Below are positions 39,054-47,651 of a DNA stretch of 64,000 nt, one piece after another. The notes below the pieces were generated by a model. It did no database searches. It saw only the letters and a program-made list of their open reading frames with translations, and had not been told where the DNA came from. Source of the DNA: Chitinophagaceae bacterium (GTDB lineage: Bacteria > Bacteroidota > Bacteroidia > Chitinophagales > UBA10324); assembly GCA_016704325.1 (NCBI GenBank), contig JADJAG010000008.1, forward strand, positions 54,057-118,056, written 5' to 3'. A program made the translations under genes and the position numbers. Numbering within the stretch: the stretch's first letter is position 1; every line of letters begins with the position of its first letter.

Positions 39054-39177
39054 GGCACACGGATGACACGGATTTGACTGATAACCACAGATTAAACCAG
39101 TGTTTATTCAAAGTATCCTTTATGAATGATCGAATAAAAATCCGTAGGAATTCGTATGATCAGTGTTATCCGCGTTC
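39054..39177. repeat. inverted arrays of 9-nt CACRGAT-type words
   Basis: Left: cacacggat gacacggat ttgactgat aaccacagat. The reverse complement of the right arm reads gaacgcggat aacactgat catacgaat tcctacggat. About 38 nt separate the arms. Located 50 nt past the DUF962 stop. Confidence 0.75.
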
Positions 39178-39227
39178 TATTTCTTAAATCTTCACTACTT
39201 AGAGTTACTAATTTTTTCTATTTGCAA

Positions 39228-39707
39228 TTAATACCCAACTCCCAATTTCCGGTAGATAAAATGCAATAACCAGACAGGGCCAATCAACAGAAACTGGACA
39301 TCCTTGAGGAAGGAAGGTTTTTTGCCTTCTACTTTATGGCCCCAGAACTGTCCTATCCAGGCGGTGGCAAAAATCAGTAGGGAGATGGCCCATAGGGGTA
39401 ACAGGTTACTATTTGAAAGCTGGTAGATGATGAAGGTGAAGCCGGCAACAATAAGCAGCATGCCTAAAGCCAGAGGAATGGAGAGCCGCACGTAGTAGAT
39501 CATGGCAAAGGCCATGAAAATAATGGCCCAGTTAAGGGTAATGGGCCCTAATGCAACCTGGTGAAAGAAGGAAGGTATCGGAATGGACCAAAGCAGTCCG
39601 AGCAGGCTGATAACTATAGCAGGCACGCAAATCCAATGCACCGCTTTGTTTACCGGGTTTTGATGGCTGTCACCGTATTCATCAAGGAGGGATTGAATGG
39701 GGCGCAT
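39228..39707 (-). CDS. DUF962 / Mpo1-like membrane protein
   Basis: YGDSHQNPVNKAVHWICVP motif and 4 TM helices. Confidence 0.75.
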   Translation of the reverse strand: MRPIQSLLDEYGDSHQNPVNKAVHWICVPAIVISLLGLLWSIPIPSFFHQVALGPITLNWAIIFMAFAMIYYVRLSIPLALGMLLIVAGFTFIIYQLSNSNLLPLWAISLLIFATAWIGQFWGHKVEGKKPSFLKDVQFLLIGPVWLLHFIYRKLGVGY

Positions 39708-39773
39708 GGGCTTTGAATTTTAATGCAATATATAGTTTGCGGGGATATGTTATTCATTGGGAGGGGAATTGAT

Positions 39774-39864
39774 AAGAGCCAAGAGCAAAGAGCAAAGAGC
39801 CAAGAGCCAGGATTCAAGACTCAAGACTTTAGACTTAAGACTTTAGACTTAAGACTCAAGATGA
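39774..39864 (+). repeat. gapless heptamer array, 13 units (AAGAGCM x5, then AAGACTY/TAGACTT x6-7)
   Basis: aagagcc aagagca aagagca aagagcc aagagcc aggattc aagactc aagactt tagactt aagactt tagactt aagactc aagatga. Confidence 0.95.
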
Positions 39865-39891
39865 GAATCACTAAAAGCAATAGTTACAATC

Positions 39892-39942
39892 AAATGTCAT
39901 TAGAAAATTGAAAAATCAGTTTAAATAGGTCAACCTATTTTA
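39892..39942 (+). repeat. conserved unique block 'core 1' (second copy)
   Basis: aaatgtcattagaaaattgaaaaatcagtttaaataggtcaacctatttt aligns with 36254-36304. Confidence 0.85.
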
Positions 39943-39956
39943 AGAGCACACAAGTA

Positions 39957-40040
39957 CTCAAATCTCAAATCTCAAATCCTAAATCTCAAATCTCAAATCT
40001 TAAATCTCAACACTCAAATCTTAAATCTCAACACTCAAAG
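39957..40040 (+). repeat. gapless heptamer array, 12 units (CTCAAAT family)
   Basis: ctcaaat x3, cctaaat, ctcaaat x2, cttaaat, ctcaaca, ctcaaat, cttaaat, ctcaaca, ctcaaag. It ends 5 nt from the prolyl oligopeptidase stop codon. Confidence 0.95.
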
Positions 40041-40045
40041 TTGCA

Positions 40046-42178
40046 TTAAGGCTGTGCTTTCAGGCTCTTAATTCCCATGTTCCAAAACATGAAGGAATAG
40101 ATGTCTGTGTCTTCTTCAATCACCTTGGCTACCGGCCTTCCGCCGCCATGTCCGGCATTTACATCAATGCGTATCAACACCGGCGCATCACCGGCCTGTG
40201 CCGCTTGTATCGCCGCTGCATACTTGAAGGAGTGGGCAGGTACTACCCTGTCGTCGTGATCTGCCGTGGTAATAAGGGTGGCAGGATAGCGGGTGCCTGC
40301 TTTCAAATTATGCAATGGGGAATACTTGTATAGATTTCTGAAATTCACGGAGTCGGTGCTTGCTCCATATTCTACAGCCCAGCCCCAGCCTACTGTAAAG
40401 GTGTGGTAGCGTAACATATCCATAACGCCCACTCCCGGGAAACAGACTTTAAAAAGATCAGGCCGTTGCGTCTGACAGGCTCCTACCAGCAAACCGCCAT
40501 TGGATCTGCCAATGATGGCAAGCTTTTCAGAGGAAGTATATTTCTCTTTGATCAGGTATTCCGCCGCTGCGATAAAATCATCAAACACATTTTGCTTCTT
40601 CAGCAACATGCCGGCTTCATGCCATTCCTCGCCATATTCACTGCCACCACGCAGATTGGCTACTGCATAGATGCCTCCATTCTCGAGTAAGGCAATTCGG
40701 GAAGCGCTGAAGCTGGGGGTGAGTGAAATGTTGAAGCCTCCATATCCATACAACATAGTTGGATTGCTGCCGTCCAGCTTCACTCCCTTCTTGTGAATGA
40801 TAAACATCGGAACCTTGGTACCATCTTTCGAAGGATAGAATACCTGTTTCGTTTCGTACAGGTCGGGATTGAATTTTACTTCGGGCTTTTTATACACTTC
40901 CGATTTTCCGGTGGCTATATCGTACTTATAAATCGTAGCCGGTGAGGTGAATGAAGTAAATGAATAGAACAGCACTTTATCATCCTTTTCCCCTGAGAAA
41001 CCCGCGACCGTTCCATAACCAGGCATCTTTGCTTCATGCTCCATTTTGCCGGTGCGGTCAAACTGGTACACGCGTGCGGTGGCATCCTGCAGGTATTGTG
41101 CAAATACTTTTCCTCCGGCAGTCATCACGTTTTGAAGCAGCATCTTCTTTTCCGGAATCATGGGTTTCCAATTCGAGGTAGCAGGATTTTTCGGATCTAC
41201 GGAAACTACTTTGTAGTTCTTCGCTTCAAAATTGGTCATCACCAACAGGTTCTCGCCCTCATTATCCAATACATTGTAATTGTATTTGAACCCTTCAAAC
41301 AGCAATTTGAATCCGGCTTCACGATTTCTCAGATCCATGTACCAGAGTTCGGTTCCATCTGTTCCTTCAGCGATGTTGATGATGAGGAATTTTTCATCTT
41401 CTGTGGTCTGCGCACTCATGTACCTGAGGGGATGGTCTTTGTCGGAATAGATGAGCTGATCGTTGCTTTGCGGATCACCCAGCTTGTGATAATATACTTT
41501 CTGGAATTTATTGGCCTGGGAAAGTTCTTCTCCTTTCTCCGGTGCATCATAACGGCTGTAGAAAAATCCATCTTTATACCAGGCTGCACCTGAAAACTTG
41601 GTCCACTCCAGTTTGTCGGCCAGCTTTTTCTTTGTGGCCACTTCCATTACATAGATCGTCTGCCAGTCGCTGCCTGCTTCCGAAACGGAATAGGCCAAAT
41701 ATTTACGGTCGTTGGAGAATCCGCTGAAATTGACGGAAGTGGTTCCGGCAGCATTCAATGCATTGGGATCGAGAAAGGTAACGGGTTCACCTGTAAGTCC
41801 TTTCTGATAGAAATACACACTCTGCGGCTGCAGCCCGTCATTTTTGGAATAGAAGTAATATTCACCTGCACGGTAGGGCGCTGAGGTTCTCGGATAGTTG
41901 TAAATTTCTGTGATACGGGCACGTATCTGTTCCCGATAGGGTATTTTAGCGAGGTAGTCGAACGTGACTTTATTCTGTTCTTTAACCCATTCCGTGGTGG
42001 CGGGAGCGTTATCGTCTTCGAGCCAGCGGTAAGGGTCGCTTACGTTGGTTCCGAAATAGTTATCAGACTGATCGGTTTTCCTGGTGTCAGGATATTTCAA
42101 CTGACCGTAAACAGGAACGGTGGTAAAGAAGCAAACAACTGCAAGCATGGTGAACAGGAAAAAATGGTGGGTCTTCAT
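40046..42178 (-). CDS. prolyl oligopeptidase (S9A serine peptidase)
   Basis: Signal peptide and beta-propeller N-domain. Catalytic GRSNGGLL (Ser), TADHDDRV (Asp) and NAGHGGG (His) motifs. Confidence 0.93.
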   Translation of the reverse strand: MKTHHFFLFTMLAVVCFFTTVPVYGQLKYPDTRKTDQSDNYFGTNVSDPYRWLEDDNAPATTEWVKEQNKVTFDYLAKIPYREQIRARITEIYNYPRTSAPYRAGEYYFYSKNDGLQPQSVYFYQKGLTGEPVTFLDPNALNAAGTTSVNFSGFSNDRKYLAYSVSEAGSDWQTIYVMEVATKKKLADKLEWTKFSGAAWYKDGFFYSRYDAPEKGEELSQANKFQKVYYHKLGDPQSNDQLIYSDKDHPLRYMSAQTTEDEKFLIINIAEGTDGTELWYMDLRNREAGFKLLFEGFKYNYNVLDNEGENLLVMTNFEAKNYKVVSVDPKNPATSNWKPMIPEKKMLLQNVMTAGGKVFAQYLQDATARVYQFDRTGKMEHEAKMPGYGTVAGFSGEKDDKVLFYSFTSFTSPATIYKYDIATGKSEVYKKPEVKFNPDLYETKQVFYPSKDGTKVPMFIIHKKGVKLDGSNPTMLYGYGGFNISLTPSFSASRIALLENGGIYAVANLRGGSEYGEEWHEAGMLLKKQNVFDDFIAAAEYLIKEKYTSSEKLAIIGRSNGGLLVGACQTQRPDLFKVCFPGVGVMDMLRYHTFTVGWGWAVEYGASTDSVNFRNLYKYSPLHNLKAGTRYPATLITTADHDDRVVPAHSFKYAAAIQAAQAGDAPVLIRIDVNAGHGGGRPVAKVIEEDTDIYSFMFWNMGIKSLKAQP

Positions 42179-42245
42179 AGGTGATGATTTATTTTCGGGA
42201 AAGGGTGCAAATATAGATAATGGAAATTCAAATCTCGATGGGAGG

Positions 42246-42350
42246 CAAGAGCCAGGAGCCAGTAGCCAGGACCCAAGACTTAGGACTTAGGACGCGCTAC
42301 TCAATACTCATTACTCATTACTCATTACTAACTACTCACAACTCAACGGT
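42246..42350 (+). repeat. gapless heptamer array, 15 units, morphing through four word classes
   Basis: caagagc caggagc cagtagc caggacc caagact taggact taggacg cgctact caatact cattact cattact cattact aactact cacaact caacggt. Confidence 0.95.
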
Positions 42351-42358
42351 GTTAAACA

Positions 42359-42389
42359 AAACTGCCCCGCGGAGATGCAGGGCAGTTTT
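42359..42389 (-). terminator. intrinsic terminator downstream of the M4 protease gene
   Basis: Stem actgccc(42361-67)/gggcagt(42381-87) with a 13-nt loop. T/A runs on both sides give the minus-strand RNA a hairpin followed by UUUUGUUU. Located 22 nt past the stop codon. Confidence 0.75.
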
Positions 42390-42410
42390 AAGCTGAAAGG
42401 CAAGATGAAA

Positions 42411-45400
42411 TTAATTCACCCGAACCAGTTTCTTCCAGATCACCGTCTCTCCTACTGCAAAGCGAACCATATAGATGCCGCCTTCAGCTAATGAAACAGG
42501 ATACGTATAGGTACCTGCAGACTGACTGGCATTGTCGAGTACCGGCTGTACTTTCTGACCTAACATATTCCAGATTTCAATATTCACAGCAGAAGCTTGC
42601 GGCAGAGAATACTCAATCACTGCCTGGCTGTTGAATGGGTTAGGGTAAATGTTCAGATCAAAGCTGAGAGAAGGATCGGTAATTCCAACCGCAAGGATGG
42701 TAATGAAATCTTCCGTTATAAATGAACAACCGGCTCCATCTTTAGCGGTAAGGATCACATTGTAAGTACCTTCTTGAGTATACAAATGTGTGGGATTCTC
42801 CTGTGTAGAAGTTCCACCATCACCAAAGTTCCAATCCCAGGATGTAGCACCTGAAGAATTGCTGGTGAAGGACACGATTTCATTTTCATACACAGTTACC
42901 GGATTATAGGCAATCGCAGCATTCACAATGGTAACATCGATAGTTTGCGTAACCGTATCACAACCATCCGTTCCACAGGCAATCATTTCTACTTCATAGG
43001 TGCCTGAAGCAGTGTATGAATGGCAAGGATCATTCGATGTGGAAACGCCACCATCGCCAAAGCTCCAATCTATACTGGTAGTGCCTGCTTCTGTTGAATC
43101 ATTAAAACAAACTTCACCCTGGCAACCCACTGTGGCGTTGAAAGAAACACAATTGTCCTGGTCAACATTAACGGTAAGCAATACGGTGTCAGATGGATTG
43201 AATGGATCGTTGCTGCTTACTACGATGTATTCCGTATAGGTACCATTAGCAAGTCCTTCACTGTTTATTGTCACATTTACTACCTGTGAACCGCCCACGC
43301 CCAAAACACCATCTCCGGAAGGGCTGATAGAAACCCAATCAGCAACAAGCATGGAGTTTACCCATGCTAAAGTATTCCCCATGGTAACACCTGCATTTAC
43401 ATCCGATACTTTATAATCGAACCCAACATAAACCACGTGTCCGTAACCAACACTTTCATAACCTACTATGGTACCACCTGAATAAGTGATCAGGTCGATC
43501 ATGTTGGAAGTGAGATTAAGCGAATGGGAATTTTTTGGACCATCGGCTATTGAAGTACCCAAAGATTGCGTTATGGGATGCGTAGTATTTACTACCGTTA
43601 AAACCTCGTTGGTACCTAATGAACCATAGGTACCTGAAATTAATCCGGTATTAAAGAGACAAGCGACTTTTGTAGATGCCGCGCCACACATAATTACCGT
43701 TCCACCGTTGTTTACAAATTCCTGTAAGGGGCCGGCAAAGTTCAGGTAATCAGAAGCGGTACCGATAGCCTTGGTAATCAGGCAAACATTTTTATTCTGC
43801 AAAGCCGCCGCCAGATCCTCTGCATTGGTGGTATTTATCTCGGTAATGGTATTATTTGGATAATAGGTATTGATTGCATTGATGGTATTCGGATACGATT
43901 CACTAAGATCTGCTCCATAGGTCAATGCAAGAATGTTGGGTTGATCACCCTGAAAGTTGTATTCACTTTCTGCAACGTTGTACAAAAGGTCACCGCCACC
44001 GTCATTGGTAATGCTGAAAGTCAGGTTGGCAGTAGTTGTATTGCAATTCAGATCCACTTCGAGGCTACTTGGGTTTACCTTCACTATTGGTGCAGCCTGT
44101 ACTACTACCGTTTTTGTAATAGTATCTGAACCGCCGCAATTAGCAGAAATCAACTTCACACTATAGGATCCGGAACCATTGAATACATGCGAAGGGTTAG
44201 GCAATGTAGAAGTTTCGCCATCGCCAAACTCCCAGAAGAAATCTATTGGATCGTTCGTAGAAATATCTGCAAAATCTACAGACTGTCCATAAGCCGGTGT
44301 GGTAGTGCTGATGGTAAAGTCGGCAACAGGAGTTACTGTACCACCGACAACTGAAGTATAGGTAGCTGTATAACCGCTATTGGCTTGTGAACTGTTAGAA
44401 GTCCAGGTAATGAAAAGTTTACCGGAATTACCCGTTACCTGTGGATAAGGAAATGGAAATCCTGACACAGATAAAAGTAAAGGTGCTGAAGCATCTTGTC
44501 CGTCATAAACTTTCAGGTAATCGTTATTGGCCTGCGAGGCAAAGGCGGAAAAAGTAAGGGTGATACTTCCTGCACAGGGAGGTGAAATCAACAAAGAACA
44601 GTCTTCATTATTCTGATAGTTACCTGCCGGTCCGCCGGTATCATGAAACGTGCCGGTAGTAAGGTTTACTGATGAAAGGCCGCATAGATTGAACACCGGT
44701 TCTACCAGAATGTAATCGGGTTTGGTAATGGTATGCGTACCAAAGTTATTGGTCACTTTAAGTGTTACATCAAATGAACCGACGTCATTATAGACAATAC
44801 CGGTTGGGTTCTGCAAAGTGGAAGTAGCCGGTGTGCCACCTTCAAACTGCCATTCCCATGATGTCGGAACATTCACACTCAGATCGAAGTAATTAACAGA
44901 TCCTCCGAAATTCACGGTAGTAACGTCGGAAGTAAATTCCGCAACAGGTGCTACACTCACTGCTTCGAATATCACCGAGTAATCTTCAGCCTGCCCATTC
45001 TGTGGACTATAGCAAGAACCGGTAATTGTATTGGCCGCTTTGTCATCCATTACCCGCATCCTTAAAGGCGTATTCAACATGGCAGTGGTGGGTGTATAGA
45101 TAATGCCGGAATGCACACCGGTAACCGCATTGTCCTGGTAAATCAATTCATTGGTTTCATTGAACGTGCCATCACCATTATAATCAATCCAGACACGAAG
45201 GTCTTCGCTCTTTCCGGCACCGGTAGTCACCGATAAGATAACAGGATCTCCTGCAACCAGGTGGGTAAAGTCGGAACAACTGAAATCCTGATAACCTTCT
45301 GTGGCGCCGAGGGAGGAGTTGTCAATTTCATTTAACACAACTTTAAATACACCAAAGCCGGAAGAAGGTGCTGTAGCAATAGGCGTACAAATTGGAGGAA

Positions 45401-47273
45401 TCGGTTGGCCCACATTATCTACTGTGATATAATCCGTTTTTATCAATGTATCAGCTGTATTACAAAGTGAAACTCCTGTTACAATTAGTGAAACAGTATA
45501 GACCCCTTCACTTGCATAAAGGTGTGTAGGATTTTGTTCGGTAGAAGTAGTTCCATCACCAAAATCCCATGTATAACCGGTCGCATTCAGACTGCTGTTA
45601 ATAAAGGTAACAGCCGTAGTGGTGGTACAGAATGAGGTCTGCGGAGCAGAGAAAATGGCGGTTACCGCATCGTCAAATGGTCCGCCAACGTTCACAGCAT
45701 ACCAGGCATTTACCGTTTGAACAGCCTGGTTCGAGCAATCTCCAAAAAGGTCCTGTGCCGCCTGTAAAGAAAGATCACGAAAATCGGCATACTCAGAATT
45801 TGGTGTGAGATAAACGGTATTGGCACGGAATGCTATTGCTCCGGCATCTACCAGTCCGATACCTTCCACGAAATAAGAATTGCCTACATCATTTACCCCT
45901 TCTCCTCCTTCTGTAAGCAGGTAATACCAATAGTTGCCGACACCACTGCCTGAATGTACTTCAGGACAATTGGACCAGTACAAACCATCATAACAATCCG
46001 GATTACTGAAATCGTTAGGGTGTGCCATATCCCTGATCAGGTAGTTAAACTGATCGCCAAGGAACCAGGTACCATTCGGTATATTCAAGAAGCGAATGGT
46101 AACACCGAAAATATCGGACATAGATTCATTGATACCACCCGGCTCGCAAGAGTAAACCAACCCTGACGAATTTTCTGTAACACCATGTGTAAGTTCATGA
46201 CCACAGACTTCCAGTGAAGTTAAAGGTGTTACACCCATCCCTGCATCGCCATCCAGGTAACTCATATAAGTGCCATCCCAGAAAGCGTTGATTCCACCGC
46301 CGGCATGTACCAGGCTTTTTAGCTTCTGTGCACCTGCACCATCCACCGATTTCCATCCATAATTATCATTATAGTAATCATAGGTGGCTTCCGCTCCAAA
46401 GTGTGCATCAAGTGCGTAAATATCGAAACCTCCATTGTAATTCCAGTCTTTACTGTTGCCGGTAAAGTCATTTGGTTCAGAACCATTGAAAGTTTCTACC
46501 CCTGCGCCACGTGTATATTCACGAAGGCGGAAGGTGTTATTGCTGAAACTGTCGGAAACTATAGGCTGTGTTCCATTGTAGGCTGTAACAGCAGTGCCGG
46601 GCACATCTGTTTCATGAATGCGTGATTCTGTTTTCAATACGGTTCCGCTTTGTGCATCTACATAAATCCATTCCCGTTTCCAGGGGTCTTTTGCGTAAAC
46701 ATCACATTTATACACTAAATGATAACTTCCATCCATGGGAAGAATCATCAGTTTGTTATTATTGGCTTCTTCCCGTTCATGCCACCAGGTTTTTGCATTC
46801 ATATAATTGCAGGCAAACTGATAGGCTTGTGCTGCAGTTATGGAAGGATTGGCATTGAGTGAAATGCCTTCATACCATTCGCCATTGGCAGAGGCTACAT
46901 TACCTCCTCTTGAGTGAACATAGTAAACACCATATTCTACCGGAACTCCTTTATAATGCTGGCGATAGCGGATGTGGCTAAATCCGGCTTTATCGTCGAA
47001 TTGGTTGTATTGGATCAGGTCCAGTGTGGCAGGAACTTTCAGGACTTCATTCTTCAACCAGTCTTTGGCTTTTGCAACAGGAATCATTTCATTTTCCTGC
47101 AGTCGGACAAATGAAATCGTGTTTCTTTTCTGATGCACAGATACCAGGGATGCACCTTTATAGAACGTTGTTGCCTGCGCTCCGGTAAAGTGTTTGCTGC
47201 CCTTTTGAGCAAAAGTGGCCAGTGTGAAAACGCAAAGCAAGGTCAGCAATGCGGGCGTAAAGAATTTGTTCAT
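42411..47273 (-). CDS. secreted multidomain M4 (thermolysin-like) metalloprotease, T9SS cargo
   Basis: Signal peptide from the ATG at 47273 and a propeptide. HELTH zinc site plus GGINESMSDIFG third ligand. Five PKD-like modules (W.FGDG...NP.H.Y), a GEVED-like end (GQAEDY), a CUB-like domain and a C-terminal sorting domain. Confidence 0.9.
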   Translation of the reverse strand: MNKFFTPALLTLLCVFTLATFAQKGSKHFTGAQATTFYKGASLVSVHQKRNTISFVRLQENEMIPVAKAKDWLKNEVLKVPATLDLIQYNQFDDKAGFSHIRYRQHYKGVPVEYGVYYVHSRGGNVASANGEWYEGISLNANPSITAAQAYQFACNYMNAKTWWHEREEANNNKLMILPMDGSYHLVYKCDVYAKDPWKREWIYVDAQSGTVLKTESRIHETDVPGTAVTAYNGTQPIVSDSFSNNTFRLREYTRGAGVETFNGSEPNDFTGNSKDWNYNGGFDIYALDAHFGAEATYDYYNDNYGWKSVDGAGAQKLKSLVHAGGGINAFWDGTYMSYLDGDAGMGVTPLTSLEVCGHELTHGVTENSSGLVYSCEPGGINESMSDIFGVTIRFLNIPNGTWFLGDQFNYLIRDMAHPNDFSNPDCYDGLYWSNCPEVHSGSGVGNYWYYLLTEGGEGVNDVGNSYFVEGIGLVDAGAIAFRANTVYLTPNSEYADFRDLSLQAAQDLFGDCSNQAVQTVNAWYAVNVGGPFDDAVTAIFSAPQTSFCTTTTAVTFINSSLNATGYTWDFGDGTTSTEQNPTHLYASEGVYTVSLIVTGVSLCNTADTLIKTDYITVDNVGQPIPPICTPIATAPSSGFGVFKVVLNEIDNSSLGATEGYQDFSCSDFTHLVAGDPVILSVTTGAGKSEDLRVWIDYNGDGTFNETNELIYQDNAVTGVHSGIIYTPTTAMLNTPLRMRVMDDKAANTITGSCYSPQNGQAEDYSVIFEAVSVAPVAEFTSDVTTVNFGGSVNYFDLSVNVPTSWEWQFEGGTPATSTLQNPTGIVYNDVGSFDVTLKVTNNFGTHTITKPDYILVEPVFNLCGLSSVNLTTGTFHDTGGPAGNYQNNEDCSLLISPPCAGSITLTFSAFASQANNDYLKVYDGQDASAPLLLSVSGFPFPYPQVTGNSGKLFITWTSNSSQANSGYTATYTSVVGGTVTPVADFTISTTTPAYGQSVDFADISTNDPIDFFWEFGDGETSTLPNPSHVFNGSGSYSVKLISANCGGSDTITKTVVVQAAPIVKVNPSSLEVDLNCNTTTANLTFSITNDGGGDLLYNVAESEYNFQGDQPNILALTYGADLSESYPNTINAINTYYPNNTITEINTTNAEDLAAALQNKNVCLITKAIGTASDYLNFAGPLQEFVNNGGTVIMCGAASTKVACLFNTGLISGTYGSLGTNEVLTVVNTTHPITQSLGTSIADGPKNSHSLNLTSNMIDLITYSGGTIVGYESVGYGHVVYVGFDYKVSDVNAGVTMGNTLAWVNSMLVADWVSISPSGDGVLGVGGSQVVNVTINSEGLANGTYTEYIVVSSNDPFNPSDTVLLTVNVDQDNCVSFNATVGCQGEVCFNDSTEAGTTSIDWSFGDGGVSTSNDPCHSYTASGTYEVEMIACGTDGCDTVTQTIDVTIVNAAIAYNPVTVYENEIVSFTSNSSGATSWDWNFGDGGTSTQENPTHLYTQEGTYNVILTAKDGAGCSFITEDFITILAVGITDPSLSFDLNIYPNPFNSQAVIEYSLPQASAVNIEIWNMLGQKVQPVLDNASQSAGTYTYPVSLAEGGIYMVRFAVGETVIWKKLVRVN
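42414..42668 (-). other. T9SS type A C-terminal sorting domain (aa 1555-1639)
   Basis: LNIYPNPFNSQAVIEYSL...VNIEIWNMLGQKV.......G.Y.Y.V.....GIYMVRF..G....KKLVRVN. Confidence 0.8.
44352..44687 (-). other. CUB-like domain within the protease (aa 882-993)
   Basis: GTFHDTGGPAGNYQNNEDCSLLISPP..ITLTFSAF....NDYLKVYDG......L.SVSG........SGKLFITWTSNSS...SGYTATY follows the CUB consensus layout. Confidence 0.6.
46185..46199 (-). other. HELTH zinc-binding active-site motif of the M4 protease
   Basis: The reverse complement of atgtgtaagttcatg is CAT GAA CTT ACA CAT. Confidence 0.9.
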
Positions 47274-47514
47274 GTAGAATTGTTTAGTGGGTTTCGAGTT
47301 TAAATTTAATGATTCATTTGGCAATGGCAAATTAAGTTATCGGAAGGAAGGTAAAATCGAATGCAATTGCTTAAAAGTTAATTTTGGAAGACAACTGTTA
47401 AAGTTATTATGCTGCAGGGGATTAAAGGCTTAAATACAGGCCATAAATCCGGATCAGTACCAGGGAATTCCAGATATATGAAACTTGAAAAAGGAGCGAT
47501 TCAAAAAAATTAAG

Positions 47515-47625
47515 CGCTCGGAACACAGAGCGATCAAAAGCATGCAATACAAAGGATGATTGCCACAGGCAATGCATTTTTTTCTAACCTCTTTAGAAGG
47601 AACGAGGAAATTCTTTGTGTACCCG
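47515..47625. repeat. single-copy relative of the CACAGAG hairpin unit
   Basis: Left cggaacacagagcgatcaaaagcatgcaat, right aaattctttgtgtacccgg, with an inner hairpin attgcc-aca-ggcaat plus T7. Located 27 nt past the pyrB stop. Confidence 0.5.
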
Positions 47626-47651
47626 GGCTACCTTTCAGTTAGCTGCTGATA

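Noticed and set aside
41036-41593. 185-aa plus-strand ORF inside the prolyl oligopeptidase gene. Similar long antisense ORFs occur at 12770-13153, 16637-17002, 17531-17932, 6083-6469, 48280-48666 and 60151-60549.
   Set aside because: Each lies entirely antisense to a strongly supported gene. The compositions are Cys/His/Phe-rich junk-like, and no motifs are present. These are typical shadow ORFs.
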